Origin: an uncultured virus (IMG/VR IMGVR_UViG_3300027659_000025)
Lineage: Duplodnaviria > Heunggongvirae > Uroviricota > Caudoviricetes
Virus record (IMG/VR): IMGVR_UViG_3300027659_000025
DNA length: 64,000 nucleotides
Reading direction: 5' to 3' (one strand)
Numbering within the stretch: position 1 is the first letter of the stretch; each line of letters starts with the position of its first letter. Position numbers and translations under genes: made by a program. This document shows positions 49,476 to 59,390 of this stretch, piece by piece. The notes under the pieces are model-generated. The model had not been told where the DNA came from and did no database searches. It worked only from the letters and a program-made list of their open reading frames with translations.

Positions 49476-49706
49476 TTATTCGCCTTTAAAATCTTCGGAA
49501 TGTTTAAATTGGAAGTCATCTAATTGCTTCCTCATTGTATGTAGAAATGCAAGTGTTTTAAAAACTTCTTGCGATTTTTCCTGATTATCAGCAAATTCAG
49601 GAACTCTTTCAAATGTCTTTCTAATACTAATGTCTATACTCTTTCTCATGTGCTTTGCTGTTGTACGAAGCACATAGCCCATGTTAAAAGGACGATGTTT
49701 ATCCAT
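49476..49706 (-). CDS. Hypothetical protein in the tail module
   Basis: ORF between major tail and chaperone genes. Confidence 0.6.
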   Translation of the reverse strand: MDKHRPFNMGYVLRTTAKHMRKSIDISIRKTFERVPEFADNQEKSQEVFKTLAFLHTMRKQLDDFQFKHSEDFKGE

Positions 49707-49785
49707 ATATTAATTTCATTTAAAGGGACAAGATTAGTGTCTTTATTTAAGCAAACAGCACTATTGTTTGCTCCCTAATGGTTAA

Positions 49786-50376
49786 TTAGACCGTATAAGC
49801 ACCATAGAAATCTGTCTGAGTAGACAGAGTCAAAGTAGCCGTTACAGCATCAGTCAGCTGAGGATTAACAATCAAGGCTTCAACACGACCAACCCAATAC
49901 CAGATTGAGTTCTTTACAGTACCTAGTCCAGCAGCAGTAGATGCGTATGCAGCCGACCCAGTAGCTGTAGGAATCTCATTTAAAAGTGTAAATCTAAATG
50001 CATATTGAGTATCTTTGCCTACTAAGAAGCCAAGATAATTTGCAGTATATTGCCAATCAGTAGCAACATAATTTAAAGTAATCTCAATTGTTGGTGCATC
50101 AGCTTGTCCACCAACCTGCGATGAAATTGACTGACCATAAGTAGGAACGTTAACAATGTTTGCTGGAGTACCTAAAGAAGGAAACTCACGAACGTTAGTA
50201 ATACGTCTAAATTCACCAGTAGGTGCACCAGAAGCAATTGCAACACCATTAGCTACTTCGGTAGAAAACAGTGCGTTGAAACCAGCTGCATCATACGTTG
50301 CAGGCAATGGGACAGTATCTAAGCAAACGGATAAGTCTGCAAAAATACTAGGGGAAATTCCAGTTGAATGAGCCAT
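49786..50376 (-). CDS. Major tail tube protein
   Basis: VREFPSLGTPANIVNVPTYG...GQADAPTIEITLNY; synteny. Confidence 0.85.
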   Translation of the reverse strand: MAHSTGISPSIFADLSVCLDTVPLPATYDAAGFNALFSTEVANGVAIASGAPTGEFRRITNVREFPSLGTPANIVNVPTYGQSISSQVGGQADAPTIEITLNYVATDWQYTANYLGFLVGKDTQYAFRFTLLNEIPTATGSAAYASTAAGLGTVKNSIWYWVGRVEALIVNPQLTDAVTATLTLSTQTDFYGAYTV

Positions 50377-50780
50377 TATTGAACCTCGAAATAATTAAAC
50401 GGTATAGTATAAGCGGCTTTGTACAAAGCAGGATTATCTTTATCATTTCCAGACAAAGATAATGAACTATTAGTCATACACAGATTTATCCCTTGTGTAC
50501 TAAAAGTTTTGCCTACTAAATACTTGTCCAATTTATCTGCAATTAGCATAATAGACTTTGGTCCATTACCAGCAGAAGTAAATATATCTATAATAATTAT
50601 ACCCGATATTGATCTTATATTAATGCCAGTTCCAGAAGGAATAACAGAAACTCTAATAAATTCATTAGTAGAGTTTGTAGCAATAAAATTTGATGGATAT
50701 GTTTTGATATTTTCAGCAATCCATGGGCTACTTACAAATATTGAAAAAATATTTGTTTGTAAAGTTTCGTATTTGCCCAT
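50376..50780 (-). CDS. Tail terminator/completion protein
   Basis: Synteny before the major tail gene. Confidence 0.65.
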   Translation of the reverse strand: MGKYETLQTNIFSIFVSSPWIAENIKTYPSNFIATNSTNEFIRVSVIPSGTGINIRSISGIIIIDIFTSAGNGPKSIMLIADKLDKYLVGKTFSTQGINLCMTNSSLSLSGNDKDNPALYKAAYTIPFNYFEVQ

Positions 50781-51133
50781 TAGACTTCCTTACTAATTTC
50801 AACAACAGAAATAAATCCATCATTTTTTAGTACATTAATAATATTCCAAATCTGACTGTTTATAGTAATATTATCATAAAGACTTATATCACCAACGTCT
50901 TTAGATTTTAATAAAAGCTCTTTAACTAAAACATTTTTGTCTTTAGCAACTTTTTTAGAATTATATATTACAGCTTTAACTGTAAGGTTTTCAGATGTTG
51001 CATGTACTGTTTCTGAAGTTGCAAAGTTAAAAGAAGGCACTGATTTTTTTGTTAAAGTTACCGTTGTGGCAAGATCTTTAACAAGATTAAATGCCTTTTT
51101 TAAATTTGAATCAATCAATGCCTGATAGCCCAT
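50780..51133 (-). CDS. Head closure / head-tail joining protein
   Basis: Synteny; TAATG coupling at 51133. Confidence 0.6.
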   Translation of the reverse strand: MGYQALIDSNLKKAFNLVKDLATTVTLTKKSVPSFNFATSETVHATSENLTVKAVIYNSKKVAKDKNVLVKELLLKSKDVGDISLYDNITINSQIWNIINVLKNDGFISVVEISKEV

Positions 51134-51612
51134 TAGTTTGCTCTCCACCAAAATCTTGCGCCACTATTTACTTGAAGTGGCATAATAAGTTTCTTAACAT
51201 TGCCTGGAACTTTATTTGCAGAGATTACGTTAGAAAGTGTAATTGAGCCAATAGTAAGATTTTCTACAGATCCAGTATCATCTAATAAACCATCATTATT
51301 TAATAAATGATAAGCTAATTCTATTGTTCCAGTTGTGATTCTTTTAGGAACTGTTGTAGAAGACAATTCTATTTCTATTCCTAATTTTGGATCAAAATAT
51401 ATTCCTGTTCTAGGAAAAGCAAGAGCTTGGGAATCACTTACAGCAACTCCAACCCAATCTAGATTATCCATTGCAGCTGTTGCAGTAACTAATGCTTGTG
51501 CTTTTTGAGTAGCATTTGCTTCAGTCCAAGCTGCAACATCAAGACGATCTTCAAAATAGGTGTCTGCTTCTGAAACAGTCGCGTAAGAGTTAGTGCCTTT
51601 AGCGAGTGCCAT
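51133..51612 (-). CDS. Head-tail adaptor protein
   Basis: NSYATVSEADTYF...QALAFPR; directly after the capsid gene. Confidence 0.75.
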   Translation of the reverse strand: MALAKGTNSYATVSEADTYFEDRLDVAAWTEANATQKAQALVTATAAMDNLDWVGVAVSDSQALAFPRTGIYFDPKLGIEIELSSTTVPKRITTGTIELAYHLLNNDGLLDDTGSVENLTIGSITLSNVISANKVPGNVKKLIMPLQVNSGARFWWRAN

Positions 51613-51626
51613 AAGTGTTCCTCAAA

Positions 51627-52814
51627 TTATGAATGGAAAACTGGCAAAATACCTAAGCTTAATGCAGAGCTTGCTTTACGAATCCAAGTTCCAGTTGTAG
51701 CAGCAAGAGTACCAGAAGCAACGCTAGCTAGCGCTGTTGGAGTACCGCCTTCAACAACTTTTAGATAGTCTGCGTTTGCTGGAAATACAGAGTCTAGACC
51801 AGCCCAGTTATAACCGGCAGGGTGCATTACATAACCCCAACGATACCAAACTGAAGTTGAACCGCCACCTTTATATGCAGCTGCATCACGATAGATTTCG
51901 ACTTGCTCAGGAACCATCAAAGCTTCCATAGCAAGAGCGCCGGGTAGCACAATAAATGAAGTTTTAGTACCAACAATATCAATACCAGCGCCAGTGTTAA
52001 TCTTGGTTAGCTCTGCACTGCTAAAGCCTTGAGAAGCTCTGGTTTGAATAAGTCGGAACTTACCTTGAAAGATGGTGTTAAAGTTGATATTGCCATCTGT
52101 AACCATTGAAGTATCAACAAGATTAGCAGAACGCAATGATGCCATTACTTCAGGGCTAGTAACAAGATAAGCAAAATCAGGCTCATAGTCTTTGTATGCT
52201 TGGCCAAAAGCACGTAGAAAGCCTTCAGCACGGGAAGCACCTTGATATGCCGCAGTAGCATCAATAACAGGCTTTGCAGCACCTAGATCTACATAGAAAC
52301 CATAACGCTTGCTTGTAGGATCATTATCAAAAGTCTGACCACCTAGACCAGTACTACCAGATCCTGCAGCAGCTCCGTTCATTACTTCTGAAAGAGCAAC
52401 ACCACGAAGAATTGATAGAACTGCATCATGCTCGTCTTGAGCACGTGTTTCACCAAAATCACGACCAACTTTTGCTAAACCATCTACTTGAGTAACAACT
52501 TGCTGCATGTTAACTTTAGTAGCGCCATGTGTACGAACAGTTTTAATATAACTTACATAGTCTGAGCTGTAAGTAGTACCAGAACCAGCTGCAGAGTCAG
52601 TTAGTGAAGCTACGTTAATTGTTGGGTTTAAAGGTTTAAACCAACGAACTTGACCAGTAAAGGTCTCTGTTGAAGTATCAATAAGCGGATTAGAACCGAC
52701 AATACCAGTGCCTGAAAGTTTACGAGCATTAGTATAGGCTTCATCTGAATATGCACTAATAGCTTCTTGTAGAACAAAGTTATCAGCACCAGATAGGTTT
52801 GTTTTAACAGTCAT
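51627..52814 (-). CDS. Major capsid protein
   Basis: 395 aa after the scaffold; RWGYVMHPAGYNW C-terminal motif; optimised codons. Confidence 0.85.
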   Translation of the reverse strand: MTVKTNLSGADNFVLQEAISAYSDEAYTNARKLSGTGIVGSNPLIDTSTETFTGQVRWFKPLNPTINVASLTDSAAGSGTTYSSDYVSYIKTVRTHGATKVNMQQVVTQVDGLAKVGRDFGETRAQDEHDAVLSILRGVALSEVMNGAAAGSGSTGLGGQTFDNDPTSKRYGFYVDLGAAKPVIDATAAYQGASRAEGFLRAFGQAYKDYEPDFAYLVTSPEVMASLRSANLVDTSMVTDGNINFNTIFQGKFRLIQTRASQGFSSAELTKINTGAGIDIVGTKTSFIVLPGALAMEALMVPEQVEIYRDAAAYKGGGSTSVWYRWGYVMHPAGYNWAGLDSVFPANADYLKVVEGGTPTALASVASGTLAATTGTWIRKASSALSLGILPVFHS

Positions 52815-52824
52815 TTAATTTATC

Positions 52825-53511
52825 CTAGCGTCTGCCAGAGAGTTTTCCTTCTCTAGCTAATTTAAGAACTTCATCTTGGGATAATGAGAAAAGAGATTTT
52901 CCGTCAAGTCCTGAAGAAGTATTTGGGGTTTTTGTTGTCGATGAGCTACCAGAACCACTAGATACTTTGGATTTAATGAGGAAAGCGTTTTCCTCAGATT
53001 CTGCAAATTGTCTTACGAAGTCTTTCAGAGAAACCCCTGATTTATGACGCCAACCACCGTTATCATCTTGAGTGAGTTGCTCAACAACTTCACGATAAGC
53101 CATGTTAAATGCACTATCATTTTTGAAACTGTAAGTCCCTAAAGCATTACGAAGCTCCATGTCGCGAGTCAGCTCTACAACACGTTTTTCGTAAACACTT
53201 CTTTGGGCGCGTTCTTCTGCAAGTTGCAATTCTAAAGCTTCTTTGTGTTTACCATCTTCTTGAAGTCTTTTAATTTCTTCTTGTTTACGAAATTGTTCAA
53301 TCTCTGCTAATTTTCTTAAAGCATCATCTCTAGAGCTATAAGCGCTGTCGAGTTTTGTTTTAATAGCTTTAACAGCTTCTTTTACTTTTTCTTCAACAAG
53401 TTTTTGAACAGGATCTACAGAATTTACAACACTAGGTGATTCTGTAGTTGTTGTTTCTATAGATGCTTCATCTTCAATATTTTGGTTATTTTGTTCTGGA
53501 TTGTCTGACAT
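52825..53511 (-). CDS. Capsid scaffolding protein
   Basis: Acidic N-terminus, coiled coil, SGSGS linker; immediately upstream of the capsid gene. Confidence 0.75.
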   Translation of the reverse strand: MSDNPEQNNQNIEDEASIETTTTESPSVVNSVDPVQKLVEEKVKEAVKAIKTKLDSAYSSRDDALRKLAEIEQFRKQEEIKRLQEDGKHKEALELQLAEERAQRSVYEKRVVELTRDMELRNALGTYSFKNDSAFNMAYREVVEQLTQDDNGGWRHKSGVSLKDFVRQFAESEENAFLIKSKVSSGSGSSSTTKTPNTSSGLDGKSLFSLSQDEVLKLAREGKLSGRR

Positions 53512-53599
53512 TTTGTTTCCTTTGAGTACAACTCATGTTAGTGAAGATACAATCTTCACTTGTATTTTTAAATATGATATTATTTAGAAAATCACACCT

Positions 53600-53617
53600 G
53601 GGTTAATCTAACGGGTT
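53600..53617 (-). promoter_or_regulatory. Class II phage promoter motif, copy 4
   Basis: AACCCGTTAGATTAACCC upstream of scaffold/capsid. Confidence 0.7.
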
Positions 53618-53620
53618 CTG

Positions 53621-56600
53621 CTAACCTACTCCGTACCATCCGTAATCACTTTCAAAATTATCAGGTATTTCTTTCAAAATATCTTCCTTTTTTAAAATAT
53701 CTGATTGTTTTAGAAGTCTATTACCAACTTTAGACTTGCCAGGAATTGGAATAAGCCCTAGCTCAATAGCTTCTTCTAAGTATTTATCGTACAATGCTTT
53801 AGGCAGCCCACGACTTAACATTTCGTCTAAAGTCATAGTTATAACATTTTTATCAAGCACTTCTGCATAAATGCCTCTAAGAGCTTTTCTTCCCTTTAAC
53901 ATCTCAGCTGCGTTTGCAAAAAATGCATCATGAATTGTGGAAGTTTGAACACCAGCTTTCTTTCCCCAAAGATGAAACTTTTTTACAATAACAGCATCAT
54001 TTGAATGATTACCATTAACTGCATATGCTGTTCTAGCTTTGCCTGCATCTGCAATATCATTTATTTTACCATCTTTATTTATAACTTGTTGCCACCATGT
54101 TGCTTCTGTTTTTTGAGGAACTTGTAAAATATTTGTAGTCCAAGTTCCATCTTTATTCTTGTAGTTTAATCTTTCTTCAAAAGATTGAGTAAAATTTTGC
54201 TCAATAATTTTACCATCAAAATTTACCCAAGGAATATTAGTCCAACTTTTTGGTAATTTATTTGCATAAAATAACTCAAACTCAGTAAGTGTTTTAAGCT
54301 CAAGTAACTCTGTTTTAAAATATTTACCACCTGTTCTTCTAGTTTCAGGTGTATCTATTCCATTTATAATTTCGCTTAAGGTTCCATTTGGTTTCCAAGC
54401 ACCAAAACGCTTCAAGATCTTTTCACTAACAGCTTCACCAGCTTTAATACCTAAAATTCTACTTATGTAATCAGGTAAAACATAACTTTTTTCCTTTTTA
54501 CCTCTAAGTGCAATTTTTGCAATTGTTTGCCAATCAAAGTTAGCTTTAGAAGGCTTTGCATTAGTAATATAATCTTGTGCAAGTCTGCCAAAGTATCTTG
54601 TAAATTCCTTTAAAATAGGCACTTGTTCACTTAAATACTCACTCATTATCTTAGCAATTTCTTTAAAATCATTTGGAGTAACAACTCTCTCATATGATTT
54701 TGACATCTTTTCAACAAGATCTTTTGTCTTAGGGTCTAAAAAATATAATTGTTCTAAGATATCATCACCAGGATCCATGCCTTTATTAAAAACATCTTTT
54801 ACATTTTGTCGAAGTTGTCTTAATTCTTCTGCAGTTTCTGGATCAAACTTATCATATCTAGCTATTCTAGCAGATATTTGATCTAATACAATTTCTCTAT
54901 CTGAAGCTTTAACAACTAAAGTATTTTCGTCTTTGTCTAAAACTTTTGCTAATTTACCTTCTACGTTTAAAATACCAGTTCTTTCACCTGCTCCGTAGAA
55001 AGTTACCATATTTTGTGCTTTAGCAGCCTTTCTTAAATCTTTTTCATTTAATCCTAGCTTTTCATTTAACTTTCTGAATCTAGGATCATTGTAAGTAGAA
55101 GCTGCAATTTCATCATATAGTCGTTTTTTCTGATTTGTTGGAACAACATTACTTAATTCTGCAAGTTGTTTATTGCGAGTTGTTAATGCAATAATTTGAG
55201 CACCAGATGAAGATGCGTCTTGTTCTAATGCAACAGAAATATCATAATCAGATAGTTTTGCTAGTGATGCTTTTGTATAATTACTAGAAAGATAATTATC
55301 AATCTTAGCAGTCTCTAATGCAAATCTTAAAAATTTATTTAGTTCTTCGCCATCAATCTTAGAAACAACTTCAGACTCCAAAATAGCTCTAATATCTGCA
55401 GGTTTCTTTTTTAGCATGTGATTGCCGATTTTAACTAAATCGGCTCTCCAACGTTGAGCTATTTTTTGTCTACCTGTAATTGTTAGCGAATTGTAACGAC
55501 CTTCAAAGAAATCGCTTAAGCCACCTAAAAAAGATCCTATTTGATCTTGAAAATCACTAAATTCTTCAACACTAAACTTTTGACTTTTAGCGGTATTTAA
55601 AAAAGGTCTAAATGTTTCTCCTGACTGTGGTCCAATTAAACCACGATCATAAATCCTTGCACGATGATCTATAAAAGGATGATTGCTAAAACTTTTACCT
55701 GATCCTCTTAGCCATTCCATTGCTTTAAAGCGCTCGTAAGTATCACCACGGCTTGCAATATATTTTCTGTATTCATTTAAATCATTATACTTTTGAGCAT
55801 TACCTCTATCATCTTCAAAGTATAATAATTTTTGAGCAAAATCAAAGTAATCTTCATCTATCTTATATTCAGCCTTTGCTGCCCAATTCAGAGCACTTAC
55901 AAAATCCTTATCGACAAACTCTTCAGGAAAATCGCTGAAACTAGAAGTAGATGTAATTGGAATTCTCGTATCTTCATAACCTAAAATACCACGGTCTATA
56001 AAATAAGTTTTATACCCTTCTCTAAAGATAAGTCGATTTTTATCTTCTGTTACACTTACTCTAAGACCTAAATCTACCTTTCTAGTCAATTGAGCATATT
56101 CTTGTACTCTAGGGTCTGTTACTCTAATATTATAGGATAATGTATCATAATATGGTCCAAAATATGTTCCACTCAATGCACTTTTTATTCTTCTCTTTTG
56201 AACACCAAATGTTTCAACTTCAAAGAACTTTTGTACATTTTTAGCTTCTAATATTTTCATTCCAAGAGCATACCATTTACGTCTATCGCCATTAATATTA
56301 GCAAGATTGTACAAATCTCTGCCTAATGCAACTGCAAATTGGTCTCTATCAGGGGTATCAGCTAAGCTAAGCCTATGAGCAAACTTTAAATAAAACTGTT
56401 GAAGCTCTCTGTCTGATAGTCGATTTTTGATTAACAAAGGAATTTTATAATCAAATGTATTTCTAAGTTCTTTTGCAATTTTAGGAGCAGTACTATCTTC
56501 CCATTTGTTTTTACTTAAAATATTTTTAATAAAATTATCATGTAAATCTTGTAACTGAACTGCACCTAGCACAGGGTCAAGATAATTGTCTTGCTGCAGC

Positions 56601-58252
56601 TTTTTTAAAACGTCTGAGTCACGCCGTATTTGTGTTTCAATTGCATCAGAAACGTTCATTACATCAAACTTAATTTGAGATTGAGCTACTGCTTTAAAGT
56701 TTTCCCAAACTTCAGGTTTATTTCTTTGACGTCCAAAAATAATTCTTAAATTATCAGCAACAACAGCGCGTTCATTGACACTCATTTTTTCAGACAGAGT
56801 TTCAACAACTTCATTAATAAACTTTTTATCTCTATCTAAGAGAACTTCACTTTCATTGACAAGTCTTAGATTATTAGATAGTACAGCAGGATTTGGCTGA
56901 TACAATCTAATATCTTCATATCTTCCGGTAATTGGATTAAACTTTAATTGATCTTCTCTTGGAGGCGATGCTAGGACTCTATTCTTAGTAGATTTCTTTG
57001 TATTCATTAACAAGCCTCTATAATTTGTTATAGAGAGCGTGCCATTTAATTCTCCAGACTGAAGTAGATAATAATCAATTAAAGTTTTCTTTAACTTGTC
57101 ATCTGAAATAAAGTCATCAACAGTAGATGCACCTAATTGCATTGCATCTAGTTTTTCTTTTGCATTAGCAAATTTAACTGTATCGTTTGGCAGTGTATAA
57201 CCGCTGTCAGTTAAACTCCTAAGCTCTTTAATACCAATTGAATTTCCTTCTGCATTGGTAAACTTATCTAATTGAAGCTGACCTGTTCTAAACAAATCAA
57301 CTTTCTGATAATCTCCTAAGTGTCTTAATTGAACTTCTTTTGTTTGCCTTAAAAGCCATTGATTATAAGACTCTCTTAAAGGTGTTAGACCATCATAATA
57401 TGCAACTTCTTTATCGCTTAACTTTTCTAAGTTTCTTTTCCTAACTTGAGCAACACCTTCAAGCTGAGAGATGTCACTCCAGGATTTAAAAACTGGAACT
57501 GTTGTTGAACGACAATGAAAGTGGGCCGGAGGCAAGCTGGCGGTGTTGGTGAGGGGGTAGATAGTCCCGTCTCGGTGCGCACACACTGGGGTGGTTCTCG
57601 CGTCCAGGACGGCCACATACTGCCAACCCAGGATCGCCTTTTCGTTGGCCCTGTAAATAGCATGATCGGCTTGTGTACTTACACTAGTAATTGCGGTAAC
57701 TACAAGACCTTTTGATTGTTGCCTTGTAATTGTGTGGATATTACCTTTTCTAACAGCTAACGCAATTTCATCAACTGTTTTGTTTTCAGCAATACCTTTT
57801 CTAATTACTGATTCTAATCTTTTCTTTTCACTTTCACTAATACCTGCCCAACCACCAGCAAGTGTTAAGTTTTTGTATAAAGGTTTTTCTAAAACAAACT
57901 CTTCAGCAATACGCCTGTTAGGTCGTTCTGTTTTCCAAATCTTACCTAATGCTGTTTCAACGTTTTGATAAGCATAAGAAGTTTGATCTGAAAACAAATC
58001 TAATAAAGATCTTTTAGTAGTATTAAATTTCTCTTGGTATGTCTTTAATAACTCTTTATCGATTTTTTCAAAAAGATCTTTTTGTCCATTTACAGACATG
58101 TTACCTTTTCGAATTAAATCATCAAGCCTAACAACATGACCGTCAATGACTAATTCAATTTTACCATTGACACGTCTTTCATAGAGTCTGATCATTGCAG
58201 CTCTATCTATTACTTTGTCGTATACTTTTGTATTAGCATTAACAGCTTCCAT
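53621..58252 (-). CDS. MuF (SPP1 gp7-like) head morphogenesis domain fused to a T7-type RNA polymerase; putative virion RNAP
   Basis: MuF motifs WQYVAVLDARTTPVC and PPAHFHCRS; RNAP motifs DHRARIY, DASSSGAQ, RKAAKAQNMVTFYG, NGNHSNDA, IHDAF. Confidence 0.9.
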   Translation of the reverse strand: MEAVNANTKVYDKVIDRAAMIRLYERRVNGKIELVIDGHVVRLDDLIRKGNMSVNGQKDLFEKIDKELLKTYQEKFNTTKRSLLDLFSDQTSYAYQNVETALGKIWKTERPNRRIAEEFVLEKPLYKNLTLAGGWAGISESEKKRLESVIRKGIAENKTVDEIALAVRKGNIHTITRQQSKGLVVTAITSVSTQADHAIYRANEKAILGWQYVAVLDARTTPVCAHRDGTIYPLTNTASLPPAHFHCRSTTVPVFKSWSDISQLEGVAQVRKRNLEKLSDKEVAYYDGLTPLRESYNQWLLRQTKEVQLRHLGDYQKVDLFRTGQLQLDKFTNAEGNSIGIKELRSLTDSGYTLPNDTVKFANAKEKLDAMQLGASTVDDFISDDKLKKTLIDYYLLQSGELNGTLSITNYRGLLMNTKKSTKNRVLASPPREDQLKFNPITGRYEDIRLYQPNPAVLSNNLRLVNESEVLLDRDKKFINEVVETLSEKMSVNERAVVADNLRIIFGRQRNKPEVWENFKAVAQSQIKFDVMNVSDAIETQIRRDSDVLKKLQQDNYLDPVLGAVQLQDLHDNFIKNILSKNKWEDSTAPKIAKELRNTFDYKIPLLIKNRLSDRELQQFYLKFAHRLSLADTPDRDQFAVALGRDLYNLANINGDRRKWYALGMKILEAKNVQKFFEVETFGVQKRRIKSALSGTYFGPYYDTLSYNIRVTDPRVQEYAQLTRKVDLGLRVSVTEDKNRLIFREGYKTYFIDRGILGYEDTRIPITSTSSFSDFPEEFVDKDFVSALNWAAKAEYKIDEDYFDFAQKLLYFEDDRGNAQKYNDLNEYRKYIASRGDTYERFKAMEWLRGSGKSFSNHPFIDHRARIYDRGLIGPQSGETFRPFLNTAKSQKFSVEEFSDFQDQIGSFLGGLSDFFEGRYNSLTITGRQKIAQRWRADLVKIGNHMLKKKPADIRAILESEVVSKIDGEELNKFLRFALETAKIDNYLSSNYTKASLAKLSDYDISVALEQDASSSGAQIIALTTRNKQLAELSNVVPTNQKKRLYDEIAASTYNDPRFRKLNEKLGLNEKDLRKAAKAQNMVTFYGAGERTGILNVEGKLAKVLDKDENTLVVKASDREIVLDQISARIARYDKFDPETAEELRQLRQNVKDVFNKGMDPGDDILEQLYFLDPKTKDLVEKMSKSYERVVTPNDFKEIAKIMSEYLSEQVPILKEFTRYFGRLAQDYITNAKPSKANFDWQTIAKIALRGKKEKSYVLPDYISRILGIKAGEAVSEKILKRFGAWKPNGTLSEIINGIDTPETRRTGGKYFKTELLELKTLTEFELFYANKLPKSWTNIPWVNFDGKIIEQNFTQSFEERLNYKNKDGTWTTNILQVPQKTEATWWQQVINKDGKINDIADAGKARTAYAVNGNHSNDAVIVKKFHLWGKKAGVQTSTIHDAFFANAAEMLKGRKALRGIYAEVLDKNVITMTLDEMLSRGLPKALYDKYLEEAIELGLIPIPGKSKVGNRLLKQSDILKKEDILKEIPDNFESDYGWYGVG

Positions 58253-58258
58253 ATTGCT

Positions 58259-58408
58259 TTATTCTTTCTTTTTAGTTTGCTTTTGCTTAGCCTTTCTTGC
58301 TGTATTTAAGGCTATGGCAATAGCTTGTTTTTGAGGTTTACCATATTTTATTTCAGTAGAAATGTTTTCTGATATTACTTTTTGAAAAAATCTCTTTTTC
58401 AATGGCAT
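58259..58408 (-). CDS. Small basic protein (49 aa, not in the ORF track)
   Basis: MPLKK...ISENI...GKPQKQAIAIAL; GAGG SD. Confidence 0.65.
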   Translation of the reverse strand: MPLKKRFFQKVISENISTEIKYGKPQKQAIAIALNTARKAKQKQTKKKE

Positions 58409-58440
58409 TATAACCTCTTGTTATTTTATTTATTTTTCTT

Positions 58441-58965
58441 TTATTTATTTTTTCTTTCCTTATATTTCATTACTGCTGCACCGGCACCAGCGGCACCAAT
58501 TGCTGTCCCAGCCTGCGCACCAATATTAATTGCTCTCATTGTTGCTTTTGCAAATTTACTACCAACAGCGCCACTTTTGACCATACGTGAAGCACCTTTT
58601 TTAATAGATGCGTCATATGCACCAGGTTTTTCAGAATATTTTGCTTTATATGCGTCTAAGCCAACTTTTTTTGTAATACGATCTTGCTGTGCTTCTACTC
58701 TTTTACCTGCAGGAATCATTGCGGCTGCACCTGCAATACCACCTACAAGAGTGCCTGCAAGACCACCGCCAAATCCTGCAGCAGCTAGCTTAGGAGTATC
58801 TTTTTTCTCTATTCCATCTTTACCTTTTTTGCTTGCTAATGCAGCTCCTGCTGCAGTACCGCCAATCATCATACCAGCGTTAAGAAATTTTTGTGCTTTT
58901 CCACTACCACTCTTAGAGGCATTTTTATTGCCCTTCATTGCTGCCGAACGTTCTGGATCTGCCAT
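58441..58965 (-). CDS. MADPERSAA-leader protein 5
   Basis: Shared 18-aa N-terminus; basic with Gly/Ala hydrophobic segments. Confidence 0.8.
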   Translation of the reverse strand: MADPERSAAMKGNKNASKSGSGKAQKFLNAGMMIGGTAAGAALASKKGKDGIEKKDTPKLAAAGFGGGLAGTLVGGIAGAAAMIPAGKRVEAQQDRITKKVGLDAYKAKYSEKPGAYDASIKKGASRMVKSGAVGSKFAKATMRAINIGAQAGTAIGAAGAGAAVMKYKERKNK

Positions 58966-58966
58966 T

Positions 58967-59389
58967 TTATTTATCCTTTTTATTTAAGTAAAGGTATGTA
59001 CCTGTTCCTGCAATTGCAGCTCCTGCGAGACCAATTTTTCCAATTTTCGTATTACGAGCTTTTACTTGTGAATTTAGTTCATTAAGAGTTTTAATAGCAC
59101 TTTGTGTTCTTTTTGTTTTGAGTTTATTATATGCGTCTATCTCTTCAATTTTTATTGTTCTCCAGGCGTCTCTATACTTTTTTTCGTCTTGAGCAAGCGT
59201 TTCTGCTTTAGATGCTAAAGTGCGTTTAGTTCTATCAATATCTCTTGTATTTAGAGTGTTTTTTGCAATTGTAGCTGCACCAAAATAACCAACACCAGCT
59301 GCTAATCCAATTTTTTGTTTATCTGAAAGGCCATTTTTAGAGGCATTCTTATTGCCCTTCATTGCTGCTGAACGTTCAGGATCTGTCAT
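58967..59389 (-). CDS. MADPERSAA-leader protein 4
   Basis: MTDPERSAAMKGNKNASK. Confidence 0.8.
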   Translation of the reverse strand: MTDPERSAAMKGNKNASKNGLSDKQKIGLAAGVGYFGAATIAKNTLNTRDIDRTKRTLASKAETLAQDEKKYRDAWRTIKIEEIDAYNKLKTKRTQSAIKTLNELNSQVKARNTKIGKIGLAGAAIAGTGTYLYLNKKDK

Positions 59390-59390
59390 T

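Noticed and set aside
57427..57715. Overprinted ORFs 57427..57663 (-) and 57515..57715 (+)
   Set aside because: Explained by the lack of stop codons in the local GC-rich patch
58382..58987. 201-aa plus-strand ORF and other plus-strand ORFs
   Set aside because: Antisense shadows of minus-strand genes; no supporting motifs or RBS
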